From the IMG/VR virus record IMGVR_UViG_3300035208_005614, positions 64,001 through 88,457 of that record: a DNA stretch of 24,457 bases; one strand, 5' to 3'. Source of the DNA: a virus (taxonomy: Duplodnaviria > Heunggongvirae > Uroviricota > Caudoviricetes). The notes beneath the pieces are model-generated. The model was not told the origin of the DNA, did no database searches, and saw only the letters and a program-made list of their open reading frames with translations. Made by a program: the position numbers and the translations under genes. Within the stretch, counting starts at the first letter, position 1, and every line of letters begins with the position of its first letter. This document shows positions 15,036 to 24,100 of the stretch, in pieces.

Positions 15036-17195
15036 TTATTTTTTCTTTTTCTGAATGCTTGATGCTTGATTTACCAAAGCACTTTCAGGATTACTATTAA
15101 TACTATGAACGCTTGTGTTTGTATTTACCTTACCAGTTCTATTTGCCCCTCTTGAGTTTGTAGTAGGTAATGGAATTCTTGATGCTGTTGGTGGCATTCC
15201 TCCAGCGTTTAACAAGTTAATTGGAGAAGAAGCCTGTGCCATCGGTGCTGGCGCACTTGCACCTCCTCTTAACATAGCGAGTGCGTTCTGTGCAACGTCT
15301 GATGGAATATTTTTTGTTCCTCCCATTGGAGAAGGTACTTCGGGAACTCCTCCTGCCATTGTTGCCATTGGGTCAGATTCAGGTAATGGTTGTCCATCAG
15401 GACCTGCTGGCACTGGTTGCCCGTCTGGACCTACAGGTTGTCCATCAGGACCCATTGTAGGAGCAGCATCTTCGCTCTTAGCGACTGAATCAATTGACCA
15501 ATTCCAATCTGTAAGTATTTTTTGTGTAAGTTTTTGTGGATCAACGAATGGAAGGTTAATAAGAAGTTGAAATAGATCCATATCTTGTTTCTTTTTAATA
15601 TCTTGTTGTCCAGCAATTGATGGAAGTACTGACGCTTTGTAATCAAACAAACCGCAAAGATCATCTTTTTGTATAATAGGAAACATTTCTTTTCCATCAT
15701 CTCCGATAATTCTAATTGTCATATCTTTAGTAAAGAATTGTCTTTCCATATCCATCCAATATCTCATCAAATCTGAGAATCCATTACCTAAGTGGTTAAC
15801 GAATAATCTAACACGTTCAAGAGTTGATTCTCTAAGGTGTCTAACTTCAGTTGCTGAGTTTGCTCCTCCTCCTGCGCCCATAGAAAAGTCGTCAACACCT
15901 GATGCGTATCTCATATCTGCCTTTAACAAGTCTTCTTCCTTGTAAGCAGAAGCTTTTATGTCGCTAAATTGGACTTCTCTGACTCCATTTGGGTCAACTG
16001 AGTAAATAATACCGAAAGGACGAGTAACAAGTTCCTCTTTATTGATATTTGCAAGTGGATTTACGATCCACATCTTGTGAATTGACAAAGTAGCAGCATC
16101 TAACCTCTGATTTTTGATCATATTCATCATAATTTGAGGATTTTCAAGGATCATTGGAAGACCGTAGCCTTCATATTCACCTGGAACCTTCAAATAAGGG
16201 AAATCTATGTAAGTTGCCTCCTTAAAATCGTAAGGAATTGGTTGCCATCCTCCTTTTAGGATAGGACACCATCCTCCACCTACGTGAACTGAGTAACAAT
16301 CAGCAAAAGGTTGTGTCCATTCGAAAACTTCATACATTTGTAACTCTGGATCACCGAAAGTATTATATTTATCACTACCCCATCCATAAGCAGGGCCGTT
16401 AAATGTGTTTACACCCTTAACTGTGAGGTCTTGATTCTGTTTTACTTGGATTCTTATTGAAGCATAGTCTTGTAAATCACCTCCTGGGTTATTTAAAGCC
16501 AATGCAAGTCTCTCTGGATCTGCACTTGGGTACTTCCTGACGATTTCTGGAGCTGTTAATACAAGTCTTCTAAGCCAATATTGCTTGGATTGCCTTTCTG
16601 TGTTGTGCCAATCGTAGAAAAGAGAGTAGTTATCTACCCATTCTGCACTTGGAGCATCATAAAAAGTCTTTGATTCCTCTTTCCATACATACTTTTTCTT
16701 CAAAAGATCTTGTGTTTTAAGAAATTTTTGTTTTCTAACATCCTTTTTCCAATAAGCCTGAAGATATCCCATCCCGTAAATGAGTGAAGAACGAACTACA
16801 TCCTCTGTGGTCTTGTCCATTTTTGAAATTTCCCATATATAATCACCTAATTGTTGTTGTTTTTCAGCCTTTAATTGGTCATCTGCGGTTCTCCCCTGAA
16901 CACTGAAGTCAGGTCTAGCATCAAGAACACGAGGCATAAGAGTTTCTACTACAGCTTGTACGTAAGGAACGAATATGTTTGATTGCCAAGACTTAATTTG
17001 GAGTTGCCTATCACCGTTATAAGCAATGTATAGTTTATATGATCTATCTAAACGAGGTTTAATAACACGCAAGAAATATTCACGTGAATCCTGCATCTGT
17101 AACATGAATTTAGACTGAAAATTGACCTCCTCTGGCCCATAGTCAGATGGCGTATATGTGTTAAAACGGGTGTATTTATTTAAAATGATTGACAT
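15036..17195 (-). CDS. Portal protein (P22/SU10-like) with a low-complexity C-terminal tail
   Basis: 719 aa directly after TerL; SNIFVPYVQAVVETLMPR, YGMGYLQAYW, MIKNQRLDAATLSIHKMW, YASGVDDFSMG..NSATEV. Confidence 0.88.
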   Translation of the reverse strand: MSIILNKYTRFNTYTPSDYGPEEVNFQSKFMLQMQDSREYFLRVIKPRLDRSYKLYIAYNGDRQLQIKSWQSNIFVPYVQAVVETLMPRVLDARPDFSVQGRTADDQLKAEKQQQLGDYIWEISKMDKTTEDVVRSSLIYGMGYLQAYWKKDVRKQKFLKTQDLLKKKYVWKEESKTFYDAPSAEWVDNYSLFYDWHNTERQSKQYWLRRLVLTAPEIVRKYPSADPERLALALNNPGGDLQDYASIRIQVKQNQDLTVKGVNTFNGPAYGWGSDKYNTFGDPELQMYEVFEWTQPFADCYSVHVGGGWCPILKGGWQPIPYDFKEATYIDFPYLKVPGEYEGYGLPMILENPQIMMNMIKNQRLDAATLSIHKMWIVNPLANINKEELVTRPFGIIYSVDPNGVREVQFSDIKASAYKEEDLLKADMRYASGVDDFSMGAGGGANSATEVRHLRESTLERVRLFVNHLGNGFSDLMRYWMDMERQFFTKDMTIRIIGDDGKEMFPIIQKDDLCGLFDYKASVLPSIAGQQDIKKKQDMDLFQLLINLPFVDPQKLTQKILTDWNWSIDSVAKSEDAAPTMGPDGQPVGPDGQPVPAGPDGQPLPESDPMATMAGGVPEVPSPMGGTKNIPSDVAQNALAMLRGGASAPAPMAQASSPINLLNAGGMPPTASRIPLPTTNSRGANRTGKVNTNTSVHSINSNPESALVNQASSIQKKKK
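15388..15452 (-). repeat. Three GPDGQP repeats in the portal tail
   Basis: ggttgtccatcaggacc at 15388-15404 and 15436-15452; ggttgcccgtctggacc at 15415-15431. Confidence 0.85.
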
Positions 17196-17204
17196 ATTAT
17201 TGTT

Positions 17205-17221
17205 ATAATATCATAGTCCTA
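17205..17221 (-). promoter_or_regulatory. TAGGACTRTG-N-TAnnnT promoter element
   Basis: TAGGACTATG-A-TATTAT, 9 nt before the portal ATG at 17195. Confidence 0.8.
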
Positions 17222-17222
17222 C

Positions 17223-18662
17223 TTAATAACCAACGGAGGGCAAATGATTAGCGTAATTAATCTGATCCATCTTCTTATCAGAGATGACTTTAAAACCTTG
17301 TAAAGCAATCGCAGTGGCAAAGATACAGTCATCGTGATAAGAATCCATAGCCACCATATTGTTAGCATCATTAAAAATAAACACCGTCATTTCATCAACT
17401 GTTTCCTTACTATGTAACGTAATATTGTCCTCACGCGTCATCTGTTCGAATTCATCGATTAAAATTGGTCTTGTTAATTTTGTTGTTTTCCAACCTAACT
17501 TATCAGACCATGGGTTACCGATTGTGTCAAAACGTGCAGGTCTAAAATATAAAGATGGGTATAACAATTGTTTAAGAATATTAAGAACAACGTTACCGTG
17601 AGCTTCAGCTTCAACAACCATCAATGCATTATTATATTTTCTTCCCCACTTATCCAAAACTTTTGCAAATTTATCTGGTGCTATATGACCTCTCCACATA
17701 GCAACTTCTTCTCCAGTCATTCTGTCTAAAATAGTTGCAACTGCATAGTCTCCTCCTGATACACCTTCAGAACAGTCTGCTCCTAATACATAAAAATGTC
17801 CTTTCTCTGCAGGTCTGTAAATTCTAAAACCTTCTTCTTCTCTGACCATATGTTCTGATCCATCTTCCATCTTAACTTTATCTCCTACCTTCCAAACTCT
17901 ACTTCTTTGTAATGCAATTGTTTCTTGTGTAAAAACAGATCTACCTGAAATAAGAAATTCCAAAGCATAGTTGTTGTTGAACTGACGAGGGTTATTCATT
18001 CTTCTTCTAATCGTTTCAATTTCTTGCTCTGTATAATTCCACCACCAACCATATTCTTTTTTAATATAATCGTTTTCAGAAACCCACATTCTATGGAAGT
18101 AATCTCCCACAGCTCCAGGTGATGACTCAATAACAATCTTTCCATTAACTGGAACAGAAGCTTCAAGAGTAACAAGTTTTTCTTCTGCTTTATCCCAGAA
18201 AGGCACCTCAGTTAAAAGTGCATAATTGATTGTGTATCCTCTTCCTACGTTTTCTGTAGAAGGAAGAACAAGAATTTTTGAGTCTGCCTTAGGGAATGAA
18301 ATTTCAAACTTAGAGTTGTAATGGATCGTAGGTCTAATTGCATCAGGAGTTGTTCTATAAAATGTTTTAATTTTATCTAGAAGTTCAGCAGTAAGGTCGT
18401 TGTTGTATCCAACAATTGCTGTTGTAACTCCAGGGGTTGTAATTGTTTTATGATAAAAGAATCCAGTAACCGCAGTACTAAAACCAATCTGTCTAGCCTT
18501 CATAATAATAATACGATTGTTTCTTTGTATAACATTAAAAATATCCAACTGCGCAGGTTTAAGAATAAAGGGCTCTAACCCCTTACCTTCTTTTCCTTTA
18601 ATCTTACAAAAATTTTCTAAGTAAAATCTTGGATCTGCTAATTTTTCAACGGGGTTACTCAT
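17223..18662 (-). CDS. terL: Terminase large subunit
   Basis: IIIMKARQIGFST (Walker A), YALLTE (Walker B), IVIESSPG (coupling motif), YVLGADCSEG and HDDCIFATAIA (RNase H-like nuclease). Confidence 0.93.
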   Translation of the reverse strand: MSNPVEKLADPRFYLENFCKIKGKEGKGLEPFILKPAQLDIFNVIQRNNRIIIMKARQIGFSTAVTGFFYHKTITTPGVTTAIVGYNNDLTAELLDKIKTFYRTTPDAIRPTIHYNSKFEISFPKADSKILVLPSTENVGRGYTINYALLTEVPFWDKAEEKLVTLEASVPVNGKIVIESSPGAVGDYFHRMWVSENDYIKKEYGWWWNYTEQEIETIRRRMNNPRQFNNNYALEFLISGRSVFTQETIALQRSRVWKVGDKVKMEDGSEHMVREEEGFRIYRPAEKGHFYVLGADCSEGVSGGDYAVATILDRMTGEEVAMWRGHIAPDKFAKVLDKWGRKYNNALMVVEAEAHGNVVLNILKQLLYPSLYFRPARFDTIGNPWSDKLGWKTTKLTRPILIDEFEQMTREDNITLHSKETVDEMTVFIFNDANNMVAMDSYHDDCIFATAIALQGFKVISDKKMDQINYANHLPSVGY

Positions 18663-19173
18663 AAAGTCCTTTTGTTTCTTTATTTGCTTTCTCTTTTGCC
18701 AACCTAATATGTTCTGGCATCTCAGGTTCTACAACTTCATATTCAGCAATTTTAATCTTGTCTGGTTCCTTACCTTCAGTGGTGCTAGTTAATTTCAATA
18801 GAGTTTCTTCCCATCCTCCTCCTCCTATTGCCGTCTCTTCATACTTATCCAAACCAATAGATTTTAAAATCATATTAAGACCCGCCAATCTATCTGCTGA
18901 TTTATCTGCATTATCTATCTCAGATTTAATTCCCTTAACGACGTACTCAAAAGTAATACCCTCTTTCGCTAAAGCGTTGTGATATTCTTTTCTCATCGCA
19001 ATTTTATCAAGTGTTCTATAAACCTCAGCTACTGTTTTTACACCAATAAGTTCCTTAAGTTTTTTAGGATCTTGAGTAATATGCAAAGCTTTAAGCAACA
19101 TAATTTGTTGTGTTGTGTTCTGAGCATTATAGGCATATTTACCTTGTACAAAAATTACTGGTTTATCTTTCAT
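18655..19173 (-). CDS. terS: Terminase small subunit (putative)
   Basis: Overlaps the TerL start; N-terminal HTH-like segment; GITFEYVVKGIK...ADRLAGLNMILK oligomerisation-like helices. Confidence 0.6.
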   Translation of the reverse strand: MKDKPVIFVQGKYAYNAQNTTQQIMLLKALHITQDPKKLKELIGVKTVAEVYRTLDKIAMRKEYHNALAKEGITFEYVVKGIKSEIDNADKSADRLAGLNMILKSIGLDKYEETAIGGGGWEETLLKLTSTTEGKEPDKIKIAEYEVVEPEMPEHIRLAKEKANKETKGLYE

Positions 19174-19843
19174 GTTTTTTCTTTCTATTATTAACTCTCA
19201 ATGGCTTATCTGTATCTCTAACATAAAATGGAACGTCTCTATCCATGTTGTGTCTAATCTGATATTTGTCTCTGCCTAATTCATCATTGATTGAGTAAAC
19301 ATAATTTATTACGTAATCTAAAAACACGGCGAAAGTCATCTTTTTTTTGTCTGCTTCTTTAAGTAAATCTACACGATCTTCAAGCTGTGAAACTACAATT
19401 AAATAATCCATTGTAATATTCTTAAATGGAAACTTATAGTAATTAGGATTGGTAAAAGGATTGCCGTCCATGAATCCTGGGAAGAGTTCATCAAAATATG
19501 ATTCTATTTTTGAAAAGAATTTAGATTTTGTAATAATCTGTATATCTTTTCCTATATTTCTTCTAACTAATTTTGTAAAAGCCAACCCTGTAAGAAGAGA
19601 ATTCTTATACATAGGAAGAGTTGTTTTGCTTCCATAATAAGTAAACTTCCTTCTAAGCCAAGAAAGTTTAACTGTATAATTAAAAAGATTTAAATATGCT
19701 TCATCTAAAAAGTCATGAAAAAGAGAAATATAACTATTGATTGTCATGTCTTCAATAGTGATAGCAGCTAAATTTAGTTTAGTTCTACTTGATTTTCTAT
19801 CTATAGAAAATACTTTCTCATATACTTGGGGTAGGTGTTTCAT
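19163..19843 (-). CDS. Hypothetical helical protein upstream of terS (start uncertain: 19843 or 19747)
   Basis: ORF track, 226 aa, overlaps both neighbours; basic C-terminus. Confidence 0.65.
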   Translation of the reverse strand: MKHLPQVYEKVFSIDRKSSRTKLNLAAITIEDMTINSYISLFHDFLDEAYLNLFNYTVKLSWLRRKFTYYGSKTTLPMYKNSLLTGLAFTKLVRRNIGKDIQIITKSKFFSKIESYFDELFPGFMDGNPFTNPNYYKFPFKNITMDYLIVVSQLEDRVDLLKEADKKKMTFAVFLDYVINYVYSINDELGRDKYQIRHNMDRDVPFYVRDTDKPLRVNNRKKKHER

Positions 19844-20330
19844 TAGGATTTATATTCATATTATTTGTAGGCACTGCATCTGCACTAGGTTCTGCAACTG
19901 GTGCACCAGCTGTGTCTGATGGTTGTGGTTGTTGAGAATCATCAGCCATGATCATATTTAAAATCTGTACAACTTCTTTATATACATCAGGTTGAGTCTG
20001 TTGTAATTTTGCTAAGAAGGTTTTAACTTGATCTGGATTTGTAGGATCTATTCCATTCTTTTGGAAGAAATCATAAACCTCAGAAAAAAGTTGACTCTTA
20101 CTTTCTTGAGAAATTTTATTAACGTCAAACATACTTGTATCAAGTTCTTGTTTCTTCGCTTGAATTTTATCCATCATTGCTTTTAGATTTCCTTTCATTT
20201 CGTCCTGAGATAATTCAGGTTGAACTGAAGTTGGATCTGCTGGTGAATCAGGTACTGGTGGATTCATCGAAGGATTCTCACTTATTGGTGGAATTCCTGC
20301 AGGTGATTGTGGTTCTTGTGGTGTAATCAT
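19818..20330 (-). CDS. Acidic Pro/Gln-rich hypothetical protein with a helical core
   Basis: ORF track, 170 aa; preceded by a sigma70-type promoter. Confidence 0.7.
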   Translation of the reverse strand: MITPQEPQSPAGIPPISENPSMNPPVPDSPADPTSVQPELSQDEMKGNLKAMMDKIQAKKQELDTSMFDVNKISQESKSQLFSEVYDFFQKNGIDPTNPDQVKTFLAKLQQTQPDVYKEVVQILNMIMADDSQQPQPSDTAGAPVAEPSADAVPTNNMNINPNETPTPSI

Positions 20331-20363
20331 TTCTTTTTTCTATTAATTAATAATCTTTATGTA

Positions 20364-20393
20364 AGTATACCATGACATATAATATCTTGGCAA
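20364..20393 (-). promoter_or_regulatory. Sigma70-type promoter with extended -10
   Basis: TTGCCA (20393-20388), 18 bp spacer ending TG-G, TATACT (20369-20364). Confidence 0.65.
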
Positions 20394-20395
20394 CC

Positions 20396-23300
20396 TTATT
20401 TTTTTGTGCTCAAATCTTTTGTTGAAATATTTGTTGTGTCTAGGGTATAAAGTGGAATACCTGTTCTTCCTGCTAATGATCTTAAGGTCTTTCTAACAGC
20501 ATCTTCTTTAGTCATTGCACCGATAGAACTTCTTCCTTCTGCAGCGTTAGCCACACTTCTTGCTCCATAGCTTGGTATCAAGTTAATAATATCAGGAGAC
20601 ACATTTGCCATACCTAATGGAAGACCAGCGTAACTTGCTACTCCTGGGACAACAGCTTCGCCTAATGTTCTTCCTGCATATAACAATTTTGTTAAAGCAC
20701 TAGCATCAATAAGATTTCCTTTCTCATCATAAGTAGGATAAAGAGGTTGACCGAATTGTCCTTGTGGAGCTTCTCCTGTACCCGAAAGAATCCATGGTTG
20801 GATCCAATAATCTTTTAATACCTGACCTACTGGTGTTTGGAACAGTGGAATATTATCAGACATCTTCAAAAGATTTCCCTGTGGGGTATCAGAGTAACTC
20901 TTTTCTGATGGATTAAACATGTTCATTCCGTAAATAGGAATCATGTTTTTAACGTCAGTATTCCACATACCCATAATCTTAACCACAGTTGGTGAATCTA
21001 GATATTGATTATATTTATTTTGCATCGCAATCTTCTCTTCTGGTGATCTCGTTCCTGTGATTTCATTCAACATAAAACCGATCTTATTGAAAGATGAAAG
21101 ATTATTTATTGCTGTCTTCGCACTCTTTATAGCCATAGCATATTGGAAAGAATAAAAGTTACTTCCAGCAATAGGAAGAGCTCTCATTATCTTTACAAAG
21201 TCAGGCATAGCAGCATAGTTCATATAAGTTTCCATAGCCACCTCTGACGCTTTTAGCGGTTTAAGTCTATATAGTTTTTGTCCGTTTTTAATTATAGGTT
21301 CCAATATATCTTCTGGTGAGAATGGAACAGTTCTACTAAGTGTTATAAGTTGTTGTTCTGTCAATCCTATTCTAGACATATAATCTACTGATCCAACTTT
21401 GAAAGTTTGGTCAATATGTTCATACCATTTAGGCATAGAGTTGATTACTTTATCTGCTACAAAATACATAGGATTGTTTGGATGTGCCTTTGCATTTTCA
21501 GCAATGATTGATTTTGTCTTATCAAAAAGATTTGCATTTAATTCTTCTGTTGTAAATGTTCCTCCTCTCTCTGCTTCTGTAAGAGTTCCTTCTTTCAATT
21601 TCTTCATTACTGATTCAGATGCAGTAGGGAAAGCTCCCATCTTTTCTTGCATTGCCTTCTTCTCAATTTTTGACATACCTGCCTCTGCCTCTGCTCCTTT
21701 CTCAACCCTTCCTTTTAGAGATGAGATATTACCTTCTTTCGCCATGATCTTAGCAACCTCTTCTTCAGAAGCCATTGCTTCCTCAAAAGCTTTTTGCATA
21801 TAGTCTCTTACGTCAACCATTTTAGTTGGAATAACGCCAGCGATTTTATCTTCAACAGAAATCTTTCCTACAATTTCTGATGGATCAAAGCCGAACAACT
21901 GTCTGAATCTTGTAGGATTTTCATCTGCCATAGTTATCAAAAGATTTGTATCGTTAAAGAACATTTCTTTGATACCTGTGATTCCTAATTTTCCACTCAA
22001 TAGTTTTTTTGCATTCATCAAAGAGTTCATATATTCAGGTTCCCAAACTGGAAGTCCCATCATCGCGCCCATGAAAAAGTTACCTACGTTTGCGACTACG
22101 TGAGATCCAACGTTATAAGGAACCTTCATTGCTTTAAACAAAGATGTAAATTTTTCCAATCCAGTTAAAGCACCTTCAAAGGGTTTCCATTGTCCTGGAT
22201 TTATATTAGCAATCTTACCAGCAACTCCATTGATTGTGTTCCAAGTTTTTATAGTTTCATCAGCTCCTTCTTGCACTGCCTTTTCTATATTGGCAGGTTC
22301 CATTCCTAATTTACCTTTTACAAAATTAGCAATATCACTAAAGGTTGTTGCCTTTGCTTTATCAATTACATCGTCATACCACTGTACTCCAGTCTTTCCT
22401 GGTTCGACTCTCTGATAAACCTTAGCCAAATGATCAAGATTAACCTGATCCATTGCAGTTCCTAGAAGTGATTTAGCATTTTCTATGGTGTTTGCCACCT
22501 TTATCTGTCCATGTAACTCAGGAATTATTGCTCCTGTTACCTGATCTCGTATTAAAATATTACCTGCTGTATCTGCCTTATCAACGACAGTGTCTGCTAT
22601 TCTTTTTGTAAGACTATCAATATTAACCGTAGCATCCTTTGCTAAAGCTTCGTTTATATCTAAAAAGTTCAATCCTTCGGTGGCATGAGTCAATTTAAGG
22701 CCTGTATCCTTACCTAAATTGGTGATTTGGTCCTTTAAATCAGCGATTCTAGCTGCATCTGAGGGTGAATACTTGAAAAACTTGACAATATCTTCTCCAG
22801 ATGGCATTGCTTTACCTAAAATACTAACGGAAGGTACCTTGTTTACTAAATCTTCCACTGTTTTTCCTATAATTCCAGTAGGTTGACCGAACATTCCCTT
22901 GTTTATCTTGCTATAAACGTCAGTTCCCATCAAAGTATCGTACTTTTCAGCTCCTGCAATAGCCTTTTCACCTAGTTTTGAGGCCGTTTCAGTGACTCCA
23001 GTACCTGTTTTTTGTAGTAAATTACGCCATTTATCGCCTAAAGTAAGCCCTTCTTGACCTGCTTCTCTTGCCATTTCCTCTGTAACAGGTGTTAATTTAG
23101 ACCATGTTTTGACCATAGGAATCATATTTAGAGCCGATGTTGCCTTCTGGGCGAGGTTAGAAGTGAGTCCTGTAACTCCTGTATCAACTGCTTTGCCTAT
23201 ATCAAAACCAGTAATAGCAGCTTTTGTACCAGCTTCAACAGCGCCTCTTTCAATTCCACCCTTAATTAGACCCATTCCTACACGAGGAACAAGCGCGGAT

Positions 23301-23791
23301 GTTCCCATTGTTAGCCAGTTAACAGGATCCAATGCGATATCAAGAGCAAATCCTAGAGGAGCAGATATTAATCTATTCGTAACTCCTTCTTGATTTAGAA
23401 CATTACCGAAAGTAAGCCCCGTCTTCATGGCTTCATTTACGTTACTTGCAAGGGTTGGAGAAGTTCCTTTACCTAATGCGTATTGTGCTGTACCAGCGAT
23501 TGCATTAAGAGGTTTCTGTATAGCTTTCAATCCACTCATCCACCAAGAATCTTTAGGTGCTGAAACTGCAGTTGTGTCTCCAGATGTTTGATCCGCTTTT
23601 CCATACCAAGTATTGCGAAGGTTTGTGCTCTTCGCATCTTCTATTTGTTTCTTAACTGAGGCAAGTTGAATCGCCAAGTTTGCATCTTTGTAAGTAGGAA
23701 CTGTATTCGGTGTATACGCAGTATTAGACCCCTGTAGTTGAGAGGTTATAGAACTCGCTTTATTTTGTAAGGCTTCTAAAGGTGTGGCCAT
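20396..23791 (-). CDS. Large internal virion / DNA ejection protein (putative)
   Basis: 1131 aa, A/G/K/T-rich, helical, with the hydrophobic LGFALDIALDPVNWLTMG segment typical of podoviral core proteins. Confidence 0.6.
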   Translation of the reverse strand: MATPLEALQNKASSITSQLQGSNTAYTPNTVPTYKDANLAIQLASVKKQIEDAKSTNLRNTWYGKADQTSGDTTAVSAPKDSWWMSGLKAIQKPLNAIAGTAQYALGKGTSPTLASNVNEAMKTGLTFGNVLNQEGVTNRLISAPLGFALDIALDPVNWLTMGTSALVPRVGMGLIKGGIERGAVEAGTKAAITGFDIGKAVDTGVTGLTSNLAQKATSALNMIPMVKTWSKLTPVTEEMAREAGQEGLTLGDKWRNLLQKTGTGVTETASKLGEKAIAGAEKYDTLMGTDVYSKINKGMFGQPTGIIGKTVEDLVNKVPSVSILGKAMPSGEDIVKFFKYSPSDAARIADLKDQITNLGKDTGLKLTHATEGLNFLDINEALAKDATVNIDSLTKRIADTVVDKADTAGNILIRDQVTGAIIPELHGQIKVANTIENAKSLLGTAMDQVNLDHLAKVYQRVEPGKTGVQWYDDVIDKAKATTFSDIANFVKGKLGMEPANIEKAVQEGADETIKTWNTINGVAGKIANINPGQWKPFEGALTGLEKFTSLFKAMKVPYNVGSHVVANVGNFFMGAMMGLPVWEPEYMNSLMNAKKLLSGKLGITGIKEMFFNDTNLLITMADENPTRFRQLFGFDPSEIVGKISVEDKIAGVIPTKMVDVRDYMQKAFEEAMASEEEVAKIMAKEGNISSLKGRVEKGAEAEAGMSKIEKKAMQEKMGAFPTASESVMKKLKEGTLTEAERGGTFTTEELNANLFDKTKSIIAENAKAHPNNPMYFVADKVINSMPKWYEHIDQTFKVGSVDYMSRIGLTEQQLITLSRTVPFSPEDILEPIIKNGQKLYRLKPLKASEVAMETYMNYAAMPDFVKIMRALPIAGSNFYSFQYAMAIKSAKTAINNLSSFNKIGFMLNEITGTRSPEEKIAMQNKYNQYLDSPTVVKIMGMWNTDVKNMIPIYGMNMFNPSEKSYSDTPQGNLLKMSDNIPLFQTPVGQVLKDYWIQPWILSGTGEAPQGQFGQPLYPTYDEKGNLIDASALTKLLYAGRTLGEAVVPGVASYAGLPLGMANVSPDIINLIPSYGARSVANAAEGRSSIGAMTKEDAVRKTLRSLAGRTGIPLYTLDTTNISTKDLSTKK

Positions 23792-23799
23792 ATTAAGTT

Positions 23800-23816
23800 A
23801 TTCTATCACAGTCCTA
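23800..23816 (-). promoter_or_regulatory. TAGGACTRTG-N-TAnnnT promoter element embedded in the last codons of the HU-like gene
   Basis: TAGGACTGTG-A-TAGAAT, 8 nt before the ATG at 23791; overlaps CTA GGA CTG TGA. Confidence 0.8.
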
Positions 23817-24099
23817 GCTCTTGAAAAAATTTCTTGACTTTATAATCGGGAGAAAATTTTATCGTTGGTTTAGCAGGAAGCATTCCAGGTTTTCCTGTAA
23901 CACTTACAAAATTTCTAGCCTTATGAATCTTTAAATTAAATTCTCCCCAGTCAGGAAGTTTAATTGTATGCTTTCCTCTTAATTCTCTGGAGATAGTTTT
24001 GATCATTCCATAATAAACATTACGAGCAATCGAAACATCTATGATACCAGAGTGAGTTGCAACAAGTTTAAAAAATTCTTCTGGGTCTATGCTCTTCAT
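23806..24099 (-). CDS. HU/IHF-like DNA-binding protein
   Basis: IKLPDWGEFNLKIHKARNFVSVTG...PAKPTIKFSPDYKVK fits the HU/IHF beta-arm pattern; 97 aa. Confidence 0.8.
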   Translation of the reverse strand: MKSIDPEEFFKLVATHSGIIDVSIARNVYYGMIKTISRELRGKHTIKLPDWGEFNLKIHKARNFVSVTGKPGMLPAKPTIKFSPDYKVKKFFQELGL

Positions 24100-24100
24100 T

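Noticed and set aside
4516-19919. Nested minus-strand alternative-frame ORFs (4516-4776, 5818-6033, 10489-10836, 15431-15700, 19737-19919)
   Set aside because: Short, mostly inside other genes and without motifs; 4516-4776 also crosses a terminator and a promoter
663-23393. All plus-strand ORFs in the track (e.g. 4697-5017, 15115-15570, 21399-21803, 23109-23393)
   Set aside because: They lie largely or wholly antisense to well-supported minus-strand genes and have no recognisable motifs, so they are shadow frames
4734-23816. Reading the TAGGAC element as a sigma54 (-24/-12) promoter or as a Shine-Dalgarno site (AGGA)
   Set aside because: It lacks the TGGCAC and TTGC boxes and their spacing; AGGA lies about 18-21 nt or more from the ATG, upstream of the predicted TSS, too far to act as SD
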